Below, piece after piece: positions 21,101 to 31,167 of a DNA stretch of 64,000 bases (position 1 is the first letter of the stretch; every line of letters begins with the position of its first letter). The stretch is from a virus. The position numbers were made by a program, and so were the translations under genes. The notes under the pieces were generated by a model. That model was not told where the DNA came from. It ran no database searches and saw only the letters and a list, made by a program, of their open reading frames with translations. The stretch covers positions 35,055 through 99,054 of IMG/VR virus record IMGVR_UViG_3300017991_000075. One strand, written 5' to 3'.

Positions 21101-24100
21101 ATCCGTTTCAAGGTTGCTCATCAAATTCGCGAGGAAGGGCGCTAGTTCTTCAAATATAATGATCTTGATGCGCTCGAATATCTGCTTAGAAGTCTCGATG
21201 CTGGCTTTGAATTTTTCTGCGGCCTCAATACCCTTCTTACCGATCGGCGGGATCTTTGATGCGGCAATAATGGACCCGCTGATATCAGCAGTCGCATCCA
21301 TGACCGCACCACGAAGTGTGCCGAATTGAGCACCCATCGCCTGCAGAAGACGTTCTTGGTCCCTCATGCTTAGAGTGCCACTACGGAGAGCTGTAACCAT
21401 CCGCATGAACATCTCGTCAGGCTTCATTTTCTGTAGATCGTTGAATGTGATGCCCACCTTAGCGAAAATCGATGACATCTCACCGACACCGCCCTCACTA
21501 ATCACCTGGGTGACTGTAGATCTCAGTGTCAGGAACGCTTGTTGCACTTCGCTGGCATTCACGCCGAGCATCTCGAAAGCACGAGTCAAACGATCGTACT
21601 GTTCGAGATCTACATCAACAGCAACGGCCTGGCGCTGTAGCTGAACGAGTTTGTTTGCTGTTTCATCAATAAATTTGAACAACTCATTGATGCTACTCTG
21701 AATCATGCCGGTAACAGCGCCGATCACCTTACCGACAATACCAGTGAAAACACTTACCAGACGTAATGGCAACACAGCAACAAAACCTATGAACCCGGTT
21801 AGTGCTTTTACGACCATTCCAATTGTACCGAGGATCAACCCAAGCACGCCTTTGGTCATGCTGGACATCTTCATCAAAAGAGTGCCCGGTAAAGAGATGA
21901 CTTTCTCGAAGGTGTTCGCCAACCAATTTAGTGACGATGATATTCCAGCGGTAACACCTTGAACGACCTTACCAAGACTTCCGAGCACTGTTGAAAAAGC
22001 GCCAACTATTCCCTCATTGAAAACTCTCCCTACCAGTTCTTTTAGGTAGCCGACACCTTTCAACATCTGTTCACCGACAAGAGGTCCAAACTCACGCATC
22101 TTGATAATGCCATCACGGAGTGGACCATACTTCGGCAAAGAACTCGGCATCTGATCTCTGATAGCCGCCTTTAGAATGCCGGCTGTCGCTGCCTTCAGTT
22201 TATTACCGCCAGCGACGATGCCTTTGCCGAGTTCCTGCATCATCGAAATACCGGCTTTTGATGCACCGCTGACAAATTTATTTGTTGCCGTGCCGAGATC
22301 AGCGGTCCCTTTCATCATCTGATTACCGATGATGCTGCCGAACTGCCCCATTGCCACGAAGGTTCTACGGAGGGGTCCTTTCTTTGGCATCGACGACATG
22401 AAGTAATCGGCGACTGTCTGAGCTGCATTTGCGGAAGGCTTTTCGAGACTGCGAACACCTTTCTGCATTTCAGCAGCGATAGCCTCCAGCGTGTTATGTC
22501 CGGTAGCGACGATCTTTTTAGACTTGGCAATTCCGGAGAGACTATTCTCGATCTGTTTGACAACATTCTTCATCTCTGTCGCACGGATCTTGATTTTACC
22601 GAGACCCTTCATCGACAGAGCTTCTTGAATCTTCTTGACGATATTCTCACCAGATAAACCTTCTCCAATACCCTGCAGGAAGGTCTTCATTATGAGATCT
22701 TTGATCGCCTGAGACTGTTCTCCGAACTTATCAATGCCTCTTGTCAAACCGCCAGATAGTTTCTTCTCCAGGCCGTACATAGCATCGGCAACATTGGAGA
22801 ACTGCCGTAAAGTTTCGATACCGAAGTTATCAACAGCCTGGGTCGCCAAACGGCTGTTGGAGCGCATATTGTTATAAAATGCTTTGATACCTTCCGACAT
22901 CTCGGCAAGCTTTGCCGGGACATCACGCTGCATCGTCGCAACAGAACGTTGAAACGCTAGGAAAGGGTCCCCTGTGCGAGCAAGTTCCTCAGAAAACTGG
23001 AATATCTTACTGCCTCGTAGATTACTTTCGATCTTGGAACTGACGCCCTTCACAGCCTGAGCAACAGCAGCCTGGTCCTTGCCGACAGCAAGCACGCCGG
23101 CCAGCAGCTTTTGCAAGCTGAGCCCCGTCTTCTGCATATCCTTAGAAGATGTTGCCAGACCTCCGCTGAGAGCTGCGGCTTTTGTTGTCACCTCAACAGC
23201 ACGACCAGCCTGTACCTCGGATACTTTACGAAGATGAGAAGCGGCTCGTTGACTTTCAGCCATATATGCTTTAGCGGCTGCTGTAGATCCCTCGACAGCC
23301 GTTGTTTTTTCAGCTAGGGCTGCTGCTGTAGTCTGTTGCTGTTTCGTAAGTGCGATCGTTGCTTCAGTATCTGAAATAGCGATCTGCTCGTTGATGTCAC
23401 CACGCTGTCTTTCGAGTGTCTTCTGCACCGCATTCAGCTCGGCAGACATTGCCTTGAGCTGCTCATCGACGGCACCGAAAGTCAATTCTCCGGATTTGAA
23501 TGCTTCTGATACAGCTTCTAACTGCGTCTTCGTGAGACCTGTGGCCTGTATCAGCTCGTCGGTAACTTTCAGCTCGCCCTGTCGAAGCTGCGTCTCCATC
23601 GCCAGGATACGCTCGCCCTTATCGATCTCTGCTGCAAGAGCATCCCGTTTGGCACGCATTTCCTTGAGCGTGACAAGCTCTTGGTTACGCTCATCAATTT
23701 CAGCATTGATAGAATCGATGACAGCTTGAGAGGCCCCTTCAATCCGGGCTCTACCAACACGTTCGACACGCTCCTGCTCGTTACGAGACTGAATCGTCTT
23801 ACCGAGCCGCTCGTTTAGTTTATCGGCGAGCGTATTGCCAGCAGCAACCTCAGCGACGTTGGTATCGAGCACCTTGAACATACGCTCAAAGTTTCCACGA
23901 ATCTTACCGAGCATCCTCTGGTTATCGCCGTAAGCTGTGGAGATACGGTCGATCTCCTTGTTGAGTTCAAGGACCCTGTTGAGTTGAGCGTTGTATTGCT
24001 CGGCAAGTTTCGGCTGCACCTTACCTGTGCGCTCAATGCTGGTGTCGATTGCCTTCATCGTTTCTTTCAACGATGTTTGAGCTTCCTCAAATTCGGCAAC

Positions 24101-27100
24101 TGTCGGCTCTGCTGTCTTCAGAAGATCTCGTAGAGTCACCAATTCCACACGGGCGTCATGCAGCGCATCACGGAATACTCGCATTCCGCCTTCAGGAACG
24201 AGACCTTCGAGTTCTTCAAATGCAAAAGCAGCCTGACGTAACGCCTCATTATTCTGTTTGAGTGTTTCCTCCATTTCACCGACAAGAGCTGTCTCATCCA
24301 GCTTGCCTGACAATGATAGGATATTCTTCTTGTAGAGTTCGTTGGCGGCTTTCAAATCTGGGAATGAGCGCTCGACCTCTGACATCACTGATGTCAGACG
24401 TTCCTGCAGTTTGATAGCTTGTTTTGACTTCGCATCCCGATCCTTTTCACGGGACTCGATCATCTTGGCGCGGCCCTCTTCCAACAAAGCCAACTCGGCC
24501 TCTGCATGCAGCAGTTTGTCGAGAGCTTTATCACTGTGCTCGGCGGGCTCCTGCAGATTCTTGATCTTCTGTTTAGTAGCCTGGATCTCGGCATTGAGTT
24601 CACGAATTGTCTTAGGAACCTGAGCTGAGGCTGTACCCTTCTTCAGGAAACTAATTTCCTTTGTGAGGTTCTTACTCTCCGCATCGAGCTTCATGAAATC
24701 GGCACTGAGTTTCTTTGCCTCCTTCGCAGCAGGACCAAGATCCTCCATCAACATAGCGTACATCATGCCGAGCTTCTTACCGGCCTTAGTATTGTCCGCC
24801 AGGTTGAGAACCATCCCCTTTGTAGCAGCCTCAAGTTTTTCAGCCGCTTTTGTTATATCGATCTGAAACTCGGTCTCTTCAGCAAGTTCTGTTTCAGCTT
24901 TAGCGAACTCAGCCTTGAGTGAAGCGCTGATCTGTTTCTGACGAGATGCCATCTGCGTGACGACATCCTGCACAACCTTCGCAGCGAATGCCCGATCAAC
25001 TTCACCGGCCAGACGTTCTTCCTTGGCTCCTGCGGTTTCACGCCGAACACGACCACCACGAGCCATCCGTTCGATCGGTTTTTCGATGACGACGCCAAGG
25101 GTCTTACCGAACCATGTGATAAACGGACCCATGATCGTTTTGAAATCAGCGCCGACATCTTCCCAGGTCTGCACCATGCGCTGTTCAAAATTCTTAGCAA
25201 ACTCTTCGGCACGATCGATACGGGCCTTCTGATCCTTATCAGAAGCAAAAGACCCCATCGTGAGAAGACCGCTCGCGAACGTACGAGCGAAACCAACCAG
25301 TTTGCCAAACCCTTTGAACAATGTTCCACCAACCCACTTGCCGACAGCAGCCAGGCCCTGGAACGATTTTTTGATGCTTTGGATAGACAGATCGACCGTC
25401 TTGATCGCTGTAGAGAACGAACGGGCAAACAGCCTGCCAAGCTGTGCGCCCATATTGATCATGACCTTCTTTGCGGCGGCTTTGCTGAATGGGGCAACCA
25501 ACGCTAGTAATATCGCATTCTTAGCGAGACCTACGCCATCACCGATGTGCTCACCGATATCACGCCCGACTCTCGCGAGAGCCCCTATAAATCCCGGTTG
25601 TTTCGCAGCTTCACGAATCGTGTCACCGAGACTACGAGCAAGATCTACAGGAACGCCGAACACCTCAGCAATTTTTACACGGGCTGCAACGAACGCCCGC
25701 TTGAAAGCAAGCCCAAGAGGTTCGGTGATGTGTTTGCTGATAAGAGCACCGATATACACACCAACGCGGACAATACCCGGCTTCACCGTGTCGAATGCTG
25801 ATTTCAAAAGCGCGGGGATGCCTTTGACAATATTGAAGATGCCACGAATGACGAGAGGACCAAGAGAAGCGCCGAGGGCGATCCCTATAATATCCATGTT
25901 CTCGGTGACGACAGATAACAAAGAATTGAACGCCTGTTCAGCGTATACCGGTACGGATGCGCTGATGATGCCTAGTTGTGAGAGAGACCAGTCCCAAAAG
26001 TAAGAAAGCCACTGCCGAGCTTCAGATATCTTGATGCGGAGGGTGTTCATAACCCCTCCCATCCAGATACTTGCATCACGGTTGGCGTCATTTAGGAAGT
26101 TCTCAAGCTTCGTTTTCTGCGCAGCATCTGTACCAAAAACAAGTGCTCCGAAGACTCCGCCTGCTGCCATAGCAGCCATGGTCGTTGTCGTTCGGAGCAG
26201 CACTCTGCCGATCTTCATTACGGTGGACTTTGCTTTACCGACCGCGCTAGTAGTATCGACAGTCTTGAAACTGAATGCAGAGCCGATCGTTTTTCCGAGT
26301 TGCTTGAATCGGCCCTCTACCTTGTCTGCGCCGTCTATCGCATCCCGCGCCCCCTTTCGACCGATACGCTCGAATGTCGATACACCGACATCGCGCACGC
26401 CGAGGATCGCCTTGACAATGCGGTCCATTCCCTTTTCCATGCGTTTCACCAGATCATCGATTTGTCTACCGAGCATCTGTACGACCCGCATACCATCCAT
26501 GATAGTCGTCTGTACCTGTTTCACCTTCTTGATGAAACCACCCTTGGCGAACTCCCGGATTAGCTTCGCAATCGGCTTTGCGTTGTCAGCAATCGCCCCC
26601 ATGATCGGGAACATCTGACGAATGGCTCTCAAGAACAATGTCGTTGCAGCACGGCCATCACCGGCTGCAGCTCGAAGTCTTAGTATAAAAGCACTGATTC
26701 TTGTAGCGAACAAACGAACAGCGAACATCACCGTTGTAAACACGCCTACCATCGGCGTAATAACACCAGTAAATCCAACGACCTGAGCCGTCAACAATTT
26801 CATGCTGACGGTTGCTGTCGTTAGTAATGACGTTATCAAACCAAAACGTTCAACGAAAATCTTCGTCCTGTATAACAACCCAATCAAACCGTCGTTCAAT
26901 GCCGCGATAAGGGAGGCAAATCGTGCCAAAGTGCTTTCTGGTTTACGCCCGAGGAACCGCAAAAACAGACTCGTTAGACCCTTCATACCGCCAAAGATCA
27001 GTCCTGTCGTTGCTACGATACCGAGCAAACTCTGTGATATGTTGGTCAAGAAACCAAGCAGCCCCTTGAAGTCGAGCGTTATGATGGCTGTAACAATGTT

Positions 27101-27616
27101 CTTCAGTATCTCTGCAAGAGAACCACCACCTTCAATTGCAGAACGGAGGACACCGGGTATCAATGCTCTAATATCAAATCCCGCTTTTACCAGCCGTTCA
27201 ACAAGAGCTGTAACACCGAGGATGCTACCTAGCACCAACGGGCTCACACGACGAGCACCTTCAGTGATTATTCTGAATACTTTCGTAACGCCATCCTCAG
27301 CATCCTGTCCAACATCCTTGACCTGTTTGCCGAGCCCTTTAGTGATCTGAGTTTGAACGTTGCCGAGTTTGCCGTCGAGCATGTCAAAGAAATTTGTTGT
27401 GATCTTGGCGAACTTCTCAGCGAGATCCGACATGACCGTGATCTTATCAGCGATCTGATCGAGAGCCGTGATGGCCTTGTCATCGATCTTGACTTGAATC
27501 GGTTTACGGCCGGTGAGAACCTTGTCAAGGCGTTCACCGATTTTGTCCAGTTGCTTGAAAACCTGATCGAGGTTCGATTGGAATTCGATTGCAACCTGTC
27601 CGATATTGATCGCCAT
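18116..27616 (-). CDS. tail tape measure protein
   Basis: 3166 aa, helical, Ala/Gly/Lys-rich with hydrophobic segments; IGQVAIEF start; two SSxPKxGPLR motifs; follows the tail chaperones. Confidence 0.93.
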   Translation of the reverse strand: MAINIGQVAIEFQSNLDQVFKQLDKIGERLDKVLTGRKPIQVKIDDKAITALDQIADKITVMSDLAEKFAKITTNFFDMLDGKLGNVQTQITKGLGKQVKDVGQDAEDGVTKVFRIITEGARRVSPLVLGSILGVTALVERLVKAGFDIRALIPGVLRSAIEGGGSLAEILKNIVTAIITLDFKGLLGFLTNISQSLLGIVATTGLIFGGMKGLTSLFLRFLGRKPESTLARFASLIAALNDGLIGLLYRTKIFVERFGLITSLLTTATVSMKLLTAQVVGFTGVITPMVGVFTTVMFAVRLFATRISAFILRLRAAAGDGRAATTLFLRAIRQMFPIMGAIADNAKPIAKLIREFAKGGFIKKVKQVQTTIMDGMRVVQMLGRQIDDLVKRMEKGMDRIVKAILGVRDVGVSTFERIGRKGARDAIDGADKVEGRFKQLGKTIGSAFSFKTVDTTSAVGKAKSTVMKIGRVLLRTTTTMAAMAAGGVFGALVFGTDAAQKTKLENFLNDANRDASIWMGGVMNTLRIKISEARQWLSYFWDWSLSQLGIISASVPVYAEQAFNSLLSVVTENMDIIGIALGASLGPLVIRGIFNIVKGIPALLKSAFDTVKPGIVRVGVYIGALISKHITEPLGLAFKRAFVAARVKIAEVFGVPVDLARSLGDTIREAAKQPGFIGALARVGRDIGEHIGDGVGLAKNAILLALVAPFSKAAAKKVMINMGAQLGRLFARSFSTAIKTVDLSIQSIKKSFQGLAAVGKWVGGTLFKGFGKLVGFARTFASGLLTMGSFASDKDQKARIDRAEEFAKNFEQRMVQTWEDVGADFKTIMGPFITWFGKTLGVVIEKPIERMARGGRVRRETAGAKEERLAGEVDRAFAAKVVQDVVTQMASRQKQISASLKAEFAKAETELAEETEFQIDITKAAEKLEAATKGMVLNLADNTKAGKKLGMMYAMLMEDLGPAAKEAKKLSADFMKLDAESKNLTKEISFLKKGTASAQVPKTIRELNAEIQATKQKIKNLQEPAEHSDKALDKLLHAEAELALLEEGRAKMIESREKDRDAKSKQAIKLQERLTSVMSEVERSFPDLKAANELYKKNILSLSGKLDETALVGEMEETLKQNNEALRQAAFAFEELEGLVPEGGMRVFRDALHDARVELVTLRDLLKTAEPTVAEFEEAQTSLKETMKAIDTSIERTGKVQPKLAEQYNAQLNRVLELNKEIDRISTAYGDNQRMLGKIRGNFERMFKVLDTNVAEVAAGNTLADKLNERLGKTIQSRNEQERVERVGRARIEGASQAVIDSINAEIDERNQELVTLKEMRAKRDALAAEIDKGERILAMETQLRQGELKVTDELIQATGLTKTQLEAVSEAFKSGELTFGAVDEQLKAMSAELNAVQKTLERQRGDINEQIAISDTEATIALTKQQQTTAAALAEKTTAVEGSTAAAKAYMAESQRAASHLRKVSEVQAGRAVEVTTKAAALSGGLATSSKDMQKTGLSLQKLLAGVLAVGKDQAAVAQAVKGVSSKIESNLRGSKIFQFSEELARTGDPFLAFQRSVATMQRDVPAKLAEMSEGIKAFYNNMRSNSRLATQAVDNFGIETLRQFSNVADAMYGLEKKLSGGLTRGIDKFGEQSQAIKDLIMKTFLQGIGEGLSGENIVKKIQEALSMKGLGKIKIRATEMKNVVKQIENSLSGIAKSKKIVATGHNTLEAIAAEMQKGVRSLEKPSANAAQTVADYFMSSMPKKGPLRRTFVAMGQFGSIIGNQMMKGTADLGTATNKFVSGASKAGISMMQELGKGIVAGGNKLKAATAGILKAAIRDQMPSSLPKYGPLRDGIIKMREFGPLVGEQMLKGVGYLKELVGRVFNEGIVGAFSTVLGSLGKVVQGVTAGISSSLNWLANTFEKVISLPGTLLMKMSSMTKGVLGLILGTIGMVVKALTGFIGFVAVLPLRLVSVFTGIVGKVIGAVTGMIQSSINELFKFIDETANKLVQLQRQAVAVDVDLEQYDRLTRAFEMLGVNASEVQQAFLTLRSTVTQVISEGGVGEMSSIFAKVGITFNDLQKMKPDEMFMRMVTALRSGTLSMRDQERLLQAMGAQFGTLRGAVMDATADISGSIIAASKIPPIGKKGIEAAEKFKASIETSKQIFERIKIIIFEELAPFLANLMSNLETDGISLVTTILEHVRAFTRIAFRSLGLIFDYVKENWIKAKDGSQKFWSDVSAVANAFFTFIGGAINTLLKHGGGLVLTWLEMIFAAIPPKIKSTLAKAGIDALAEFIKFAAKAVSFAKNFALSLGEWLWNKIKLGVAVIIESIASGLESILVEIPFIGVDEGDLTSGLQYAIDTLKEEAAETADIWGNTIDRQEKDAARIESFYGGIQKKLKAAVDEGISAENVENAIKVIGNNVDELRDVIGDLGVTSRDVWDAQAEQLRLLDPMTEGYWDQVAALEKQRDTILKNIELHKKEKVSAQELVKHLRMMQELGLVDPGAITAGQVEAQRELRKQASGMMGEINEGFKEAGAAALEGFKKDAPELVRLGQQIGSVYEQEMADMDQRLQDASAEVQKQVEIQENLGKELDKNVHKFDAILTRLVEIVSKQSEYNTKVAELGGNYDKVGQAIASMQAERSKILEATIGSEAEIGFDAAEERFKAISDIAKTIGVGDEERLNKIRHQLYLISAVMQDARKSAVKGDMFGLEVAASVLEDVEDKMAEMLKGLFGETLPESIRESLVKKAPFTAGIVENLKSIERRQFLAVREALRAILKDAASDLGFEIFDAMLPEDERLVHVFETMQQLLTGSTEEVRKRLQYAAEQLQISGAQHNLEARIEERLHALVDLAQYRKQAEQETTQEEEKQNKLLQTRIKELSGAGPDAFSFEAAGFGVKEAKDLKREMRTAEIATAEAVRKLNELERVAVLFKGRKEGEAAKLEAASVRRRLEFQLAKEGITLDSDFDFSTATAGDISAEVKETIEDAMRQVEVYPFIHSNIAAPIGAALGDTITGVIDGSANKAVDAARKAAEETGNSFNATLYRISMFAKKIFDDLTDKAIAYLVNAAESGLSALLTKVFDKTLAAAAMGLLAIATGFLSNLQGSAEIIKDTVDDAVASTEEIRGVISGTTTVAIKETEEAFRASMRGTEKRLDTIIELMRSGAPMSAGNPLGATGGTTI

Positions 27617-27624
27617 TTCAGCTC

Positions 27625-28302
27625 CTACACGCTGATGCCACGCCTCTTCAACTGCTCACGAAGTCCGCCACGCCCTCTGTCGATATCCCTCTTGATATCA
27701 TCGAACTTCGACGTACTCAGGTTCGCTCTGTTATATGTAGCCCATGGGGCGTTTGTTGGCTTTCCTGTCATCTTCGCAAATCCGGCGTCAAGCTTCTGCA
27801 GTATCTTCCACGTCTTCTCAGCTTTCTTGAACTCCGCATCCTCCTCCGGAGGGGGTGGTTGTCGCTCTCGTGGAGCTGAATCACCCTTTTCTATACCTAC
27901 GTCCCGCTCAGCAAACCCAGCTCCATAGAGACCCTTGTATTCACGATCAAGAGTATTCACCTGGTCTGAAATCTTGGTATTCAGCTCGCTGGCGGTCTTA
28001 CCGGCCTCCTCTGAAATGACTGAGGAGATCGCCAGGCTCATTCCAAGGGACTGAGCCTGTTGCGCCTCCAGTTTTTGCTTCAAGGTGAGATAGATGAACG
28101 CTTTGAAGTCCCTAAGCGTCATGCCTTCGCGGATTTCTTCGAGACGGAATCCGGCTCCTATGAGAAGATGCTCGGCCGAAGTCAACCCGATGAGTTCTCC
28201 ATCAGGACCTTCAATCCGCTCACCCTCTTCGACTTGAGCGGCTAGTCTTCGGAGTCCTTCTGGTCCTCCGTCGTCTCCTCCGTCAGGAACTTCTTGGCGT
28301 AT
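27625..28302 (-). CDS. tail assembly chaperone, -1 frameshift extension (gpGT-like C-terminal part)
   Basis: The -1 frame is open from the A7 run (28302-28308) as IRQEVPDGG...GELIG and continues into ORF 27625..28185. Confidence 0.85.
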   Translation of the reverse strand: MRQEVPDGGDDGGPEGLRRLAAQVEEGERIEGPDGELIGLTSAEHLLIGAGFRLEEIREGMTLRDFKAFIYLTLKQKLEAQQAQSLGMSLAISSVISEEAGKTASELNTKISDQVNTLDREYKGLYGAGFAERDVGIEKGDSAPRERQPPPPEEDAEFKKAEKTWKILQKLDAGFAKMTGKPTNAPWATYNRANLSTSKFDDIKRDIDRGRGGLREQLKRRGISV

Positions 28303-28712
28303 TTTTTTAGCGATCCCTCAACGAAATTCACGCGATAGAGAGCTTGGATCAGCATGATAACGTCATCCAGAAGAACCTCTTCAAGATCAGCTCGTGAAAG
28401 AACGGTGTCACCTGAGTCATTCACCTGACCGGCCACAACCAATCCGAGGATCTCTTCGTAATTGCTTTCTACGAGTTCAGCTCCTACCGCCATCCAGTCA
28501 ACCAGATTGCTGATGTTGGTGGATGAGCCTTCAAAGGCCGTGAAGTCCTTGCCTTTTACGGCGTTGAGGATCTTCTTGATAAATCCAAGAACACCGATGA
28601 CGTTGCGCACGCCGAATTCCTGGACCATGATCTTCTGGCCCGTGGAGATCTCTACGATCTCATTGGCGGCATTCTTGTTTTGTTTGCTTCCAGCAGCAGT
28701 TTCCTTACCCAT
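28242..28712 (-). CDS. tail assembly chaperone (gpG-like)
   Basis: Between tail tube and tape measure genes; slippery CTA AAA AAA near its 3' end. Confidence 0.85.
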   Translation of the reverse strand: MGKETAAGSKQNKNAANEIVEISTGQKIMVQEFGVRNVIGVLGFIKKILNAVKGKDFTAFEGSSTNISNLVDWMAVGAELVESNYEEILGLVVAGQVNDSGDTVLSRADLEEVLLDDVIMLIQALYRVNFVEGSLKKYAKKFLTEETTEDQKDSED

Positions 28713-28779
28713 TTTTCCTCCAAAAGTAACACCTCAAAAATAGCAGCAAATGTCTGTGTCAGCATACATCCTATGTGTG

Positions 28780-28815
28780 AAAAAGAAACAGGCAGGGAAT
28801 AAATCCCTGCCTGTT
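28780..28815 (-). terminator. intrinsic terminator after the major tail gene
   Basis: AACAGGCAGGGA-TTTAT-TCCCTGCCTGTT followed by TCTTTTT. Confidence 0.85.
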
Positions 28816-28838
28816 CAAACACCGCTGCTGGAGGTGTT

Positions 28839-30050
28839 TTATGCGCAAGCTCCAGTAGGACTGACAAAGAAGTCGGTCCATTTCTTGAGCAGCACAAAGC
28901 GGCCACGCCGGCCACGACCATCATTCAGGATGGTCGCCATCATGGACGCCTTAGCGAATTCCGACGGATTGACGGTGATAGCACCGTTCAAACCGAGTGA
29001 AACCCGATAGAACTCGTAGAAGCCCTGCGGGCCGTTATTGCTCAGGATCTGAATCCGGAGCAAGCCCTGGAGCACGATACCGTCCTGCAGTGAGTATTCG
29101 CAGCCTTCACGCAAGAAGCTGTAACGGATACGAATCTCAGCACCATCAGGAATCGCGCCAGTGCTAACACGAGCGATCGTAGCTGCTGTGGTAGCAACCG
29201 CACCAGCAAACGAGAACGGGCCGCCACCAAGATCGGTATCCAGATTACCAGTCGCGGTGATGTCATCAGGATCAACACCATCGTAGTAATTGGATTCGAC
29301 CGTAACGACAGATCCGGCCACGGATGCGGTGAAATGAGCACTGTAGGCATTGATCGCTTCTGCAAGCGCCGCTGCCAGTTCCGCCGTTGTACCGAGACCA
29401 GCCTCGAAGTGCGTGGTCGCAGTAAGCGTCAGAGTAGTGCTGTCCGGGTTGGTAAGTACCAGAGTATCAGTACCACCATACGTAACGCCGCCGACAGTGA
29501 TTGCAACAGATGAAGGCGTACCCTCATTCGCTTGCACGAACGTATAGTCCGTTGTGTCAGCATACGTCACGGAACCATCGGGTGAAGTAACCTCGCCAAT
29601 CGTGACTTGGCGGAAAAACAAGTTACCTCCGAGACCACCTTCAAGAGCGGGATCTGCGAACTCCGTCGCGGTCGTGCCGCTGAGACGCGGACGCGAGGAT
29701 TCATAGATCGTAGCGCTATTGCCGGTCGTATCGTTCCGATCGGTGATGGTAGCCGAGCGGAACATGATCTCAAGGTTGCGGCCAACCAGTTCGGTCAGTG
29801 ACAGCGTGATCTCACCAGTGTTTTCCGAGATCAGACGACGTACGACAGCATAAATGCCGCCCCTGGCAGACTTCTTATCAACGAAAGTTTCGCTGATGTT
29901 GATCTCCAGGTCTTCAACGTCACCCAGCTCGAAAGGATCGCCCTGAACACCACGAGCGTCTTCAGGGGCGAACCACACCGAGATGCGAGATGGCAAGCCG
30001 AAGTTGTCCGGGTTGAATGGCCGCTTCACGGTTTTTGCTATTGCGGACAT
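28839..30050 (-). CDS. major tail tube protein with inserted Thr/Ala-rich domain
   Basis: ELGDVEDLEINISE N-terminal tube motif; position; downstream terminator. Confidence 0.8.
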   Translation of the reverse strand: MSAIAKTVKRPFNPDNFGLPSRISVWFAPEDARGVQGDPFELGDVEDLEINISETFVDKKSARGGIYAVVRRLISENTGEITLSLTELVGRNLEIMFRSATITDRNDTTGNSATIYESSRPRLSGTTATEFADPALEGGLGGNLFFRQVTIGEVTSPDGSVTYADTTDYTFVQANEGTPSSVAITVGGVTYGGTDTLVLTNPDSTTLTLTATTHFEAGLGTTAELAAALAEAINAYSAHFTASVAGSVVTVESNYYDGVDPDDITATGNLDTDLGGGPFSFAGAVATTAATIARVSTGAIPDGAEIRIRYSFLREGCEYSLQDGIVLQGLLRIQILSNNGPQGFYEFYRVSLGLNGAITVNPSEFAKASMMATILNDGRGRRGRFVLLKKWTDFFVSPTGACA

Positions 30051-30071
30051 GTGAAAGTCTCCTCAACAACC

Positions 30072-30689
30072 CTAAGACCGCGTGAAACGAACACCTAGTC
30101 TGAATTCCACAGTAAACTCGTCATCGCTACTAATCTTGGAGACTTCAGGTTCGCTCAAAGGAAAGACTCGTTGCACCACCAAATCCTGTCTACTGCCGAT
30201 GACTTCCCCTGTGCTTGAGCTGAAAATCTTTCGTCCCATAGTAAACGTGAGATTACTGAAGAACAGACTCCAAAGGCGCATGGCGACATCCATCGCCCGT
30301 TTGCCTGGAGAACTCTCTACGAGAACTCGAACTGCGCCTGTGTCGGCTTTGTTCTTGAACCCGCGAGAGCCCGAAAACGGAGCAGCAATGCCATCCGACA
30401 ATATGCTGACTCGCGTCTGACGAAAACCATCCTCTGATGATAATTCATCTGTTGTCAACCAGTAAAAAAGGTTTTTACCAATTTCTGCGATAATATGTGC
30501 GCTGATACCGTACCGCCTGTCATCACAAGGGTTATCCGGAAATTCGATCGGGAATCCGATCTGCGCTATGAAATGAGCGATCGCCTTACCCAACGGATAG
30601 CGTGCTTCAACATTCGCCTCGTCATAAGAGTAACGGGTGGCGATATAGATGTCGTTGTTGAACTCAGGTCCTTTGGACTTTGACATCAT
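30072..30689 (-). CDS. putative tail terminator/completion protein
   Basis: Immediately upstream of the tail tube gene; position-based. Confidence 0.55.
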   Translation of the reverse strand: MMSKSKGPEFNNDIYIATRYSYDEANVEARYPLGKAIAHFIAQIGFPIEFPDNPCDDRRYGISAHIIAEIGKNLFYWLTTDELSSEDGFRQTRVSILSDGIAAPFSGSRGFKNKADTGAVRVLVESSPGKRAMDVAMRLWSLFFSNLTFTMGRKIFSSSTGEVIGSRQDLVVQRVFPLSEPEVSKISSDDEFTVEFRLGVRFTRS

Positions 30690-31165
30690 CTACCCCAGCG
30701 TGAGAAATTATCGACGGTTTCACGGTCGTTCGGATCTCGTTCTTCAATATCAGTTTCAACGATGACAATTTCCTCGTCTTCGATATCCGTACGACGGTGT
30801 GTAGGTCTTACAGCATCCTTGTACTTCATCAGACGTACGTCCATGCGGCCGCCAGCACCACCGAATACGCCATCGTCATAATCGATGTCGAATACCTTGT
30901 AGTATTCAGTTTTGCGTTTCTCGAACCGAAGTAAAGCGCCTCTTTGGATCAAGCGGGAAACCTCATCTGTTTCCTTGAAGTACACCTCAGCATCGAGGTA
31001 CACATAATTCATCGAACCAGATTCGCGGATTCTCTTCGCAACACGATCAAAGAAACAAGGAATATTTACGAGCGTTTCATCTTCATGAAGAATTGGACCA
31101 TGCTCCCGTGCCCGTACGTTGTCGGGAGAAACCACAGCTCTGAGTTTCTCATTGTTGTGAAACAC
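30686..31165 (-). CDS. putative head-closure protein
   Basis: Beta-rich 159 aa (NIPCFFD, YKVFDI); position-based. Confidence 0.55.
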   Translation of the reverse strand: MFHNNEKLRAVVSPDNVRAREHGPILHEDETLVNIPCFFDRVAKRIRESGSMNYVYLDAEVYFKETDEVSRLIQRGALLRFEKRKTEYYKVFDIDYDDGVFGGAGGRMDVRLMKYKDAVRPTHRRTDIEDEEIVIVETDIEERDPNDRETVDNFSRWGR

Positions 31166-31167
31166 GG

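Noticed and set aside
18180-27928. Many + strand ORFs opposite the tape measure and other structural genes
   Set aside because: Antisense shadows caused by codon bias; no RBS or protein motifs.
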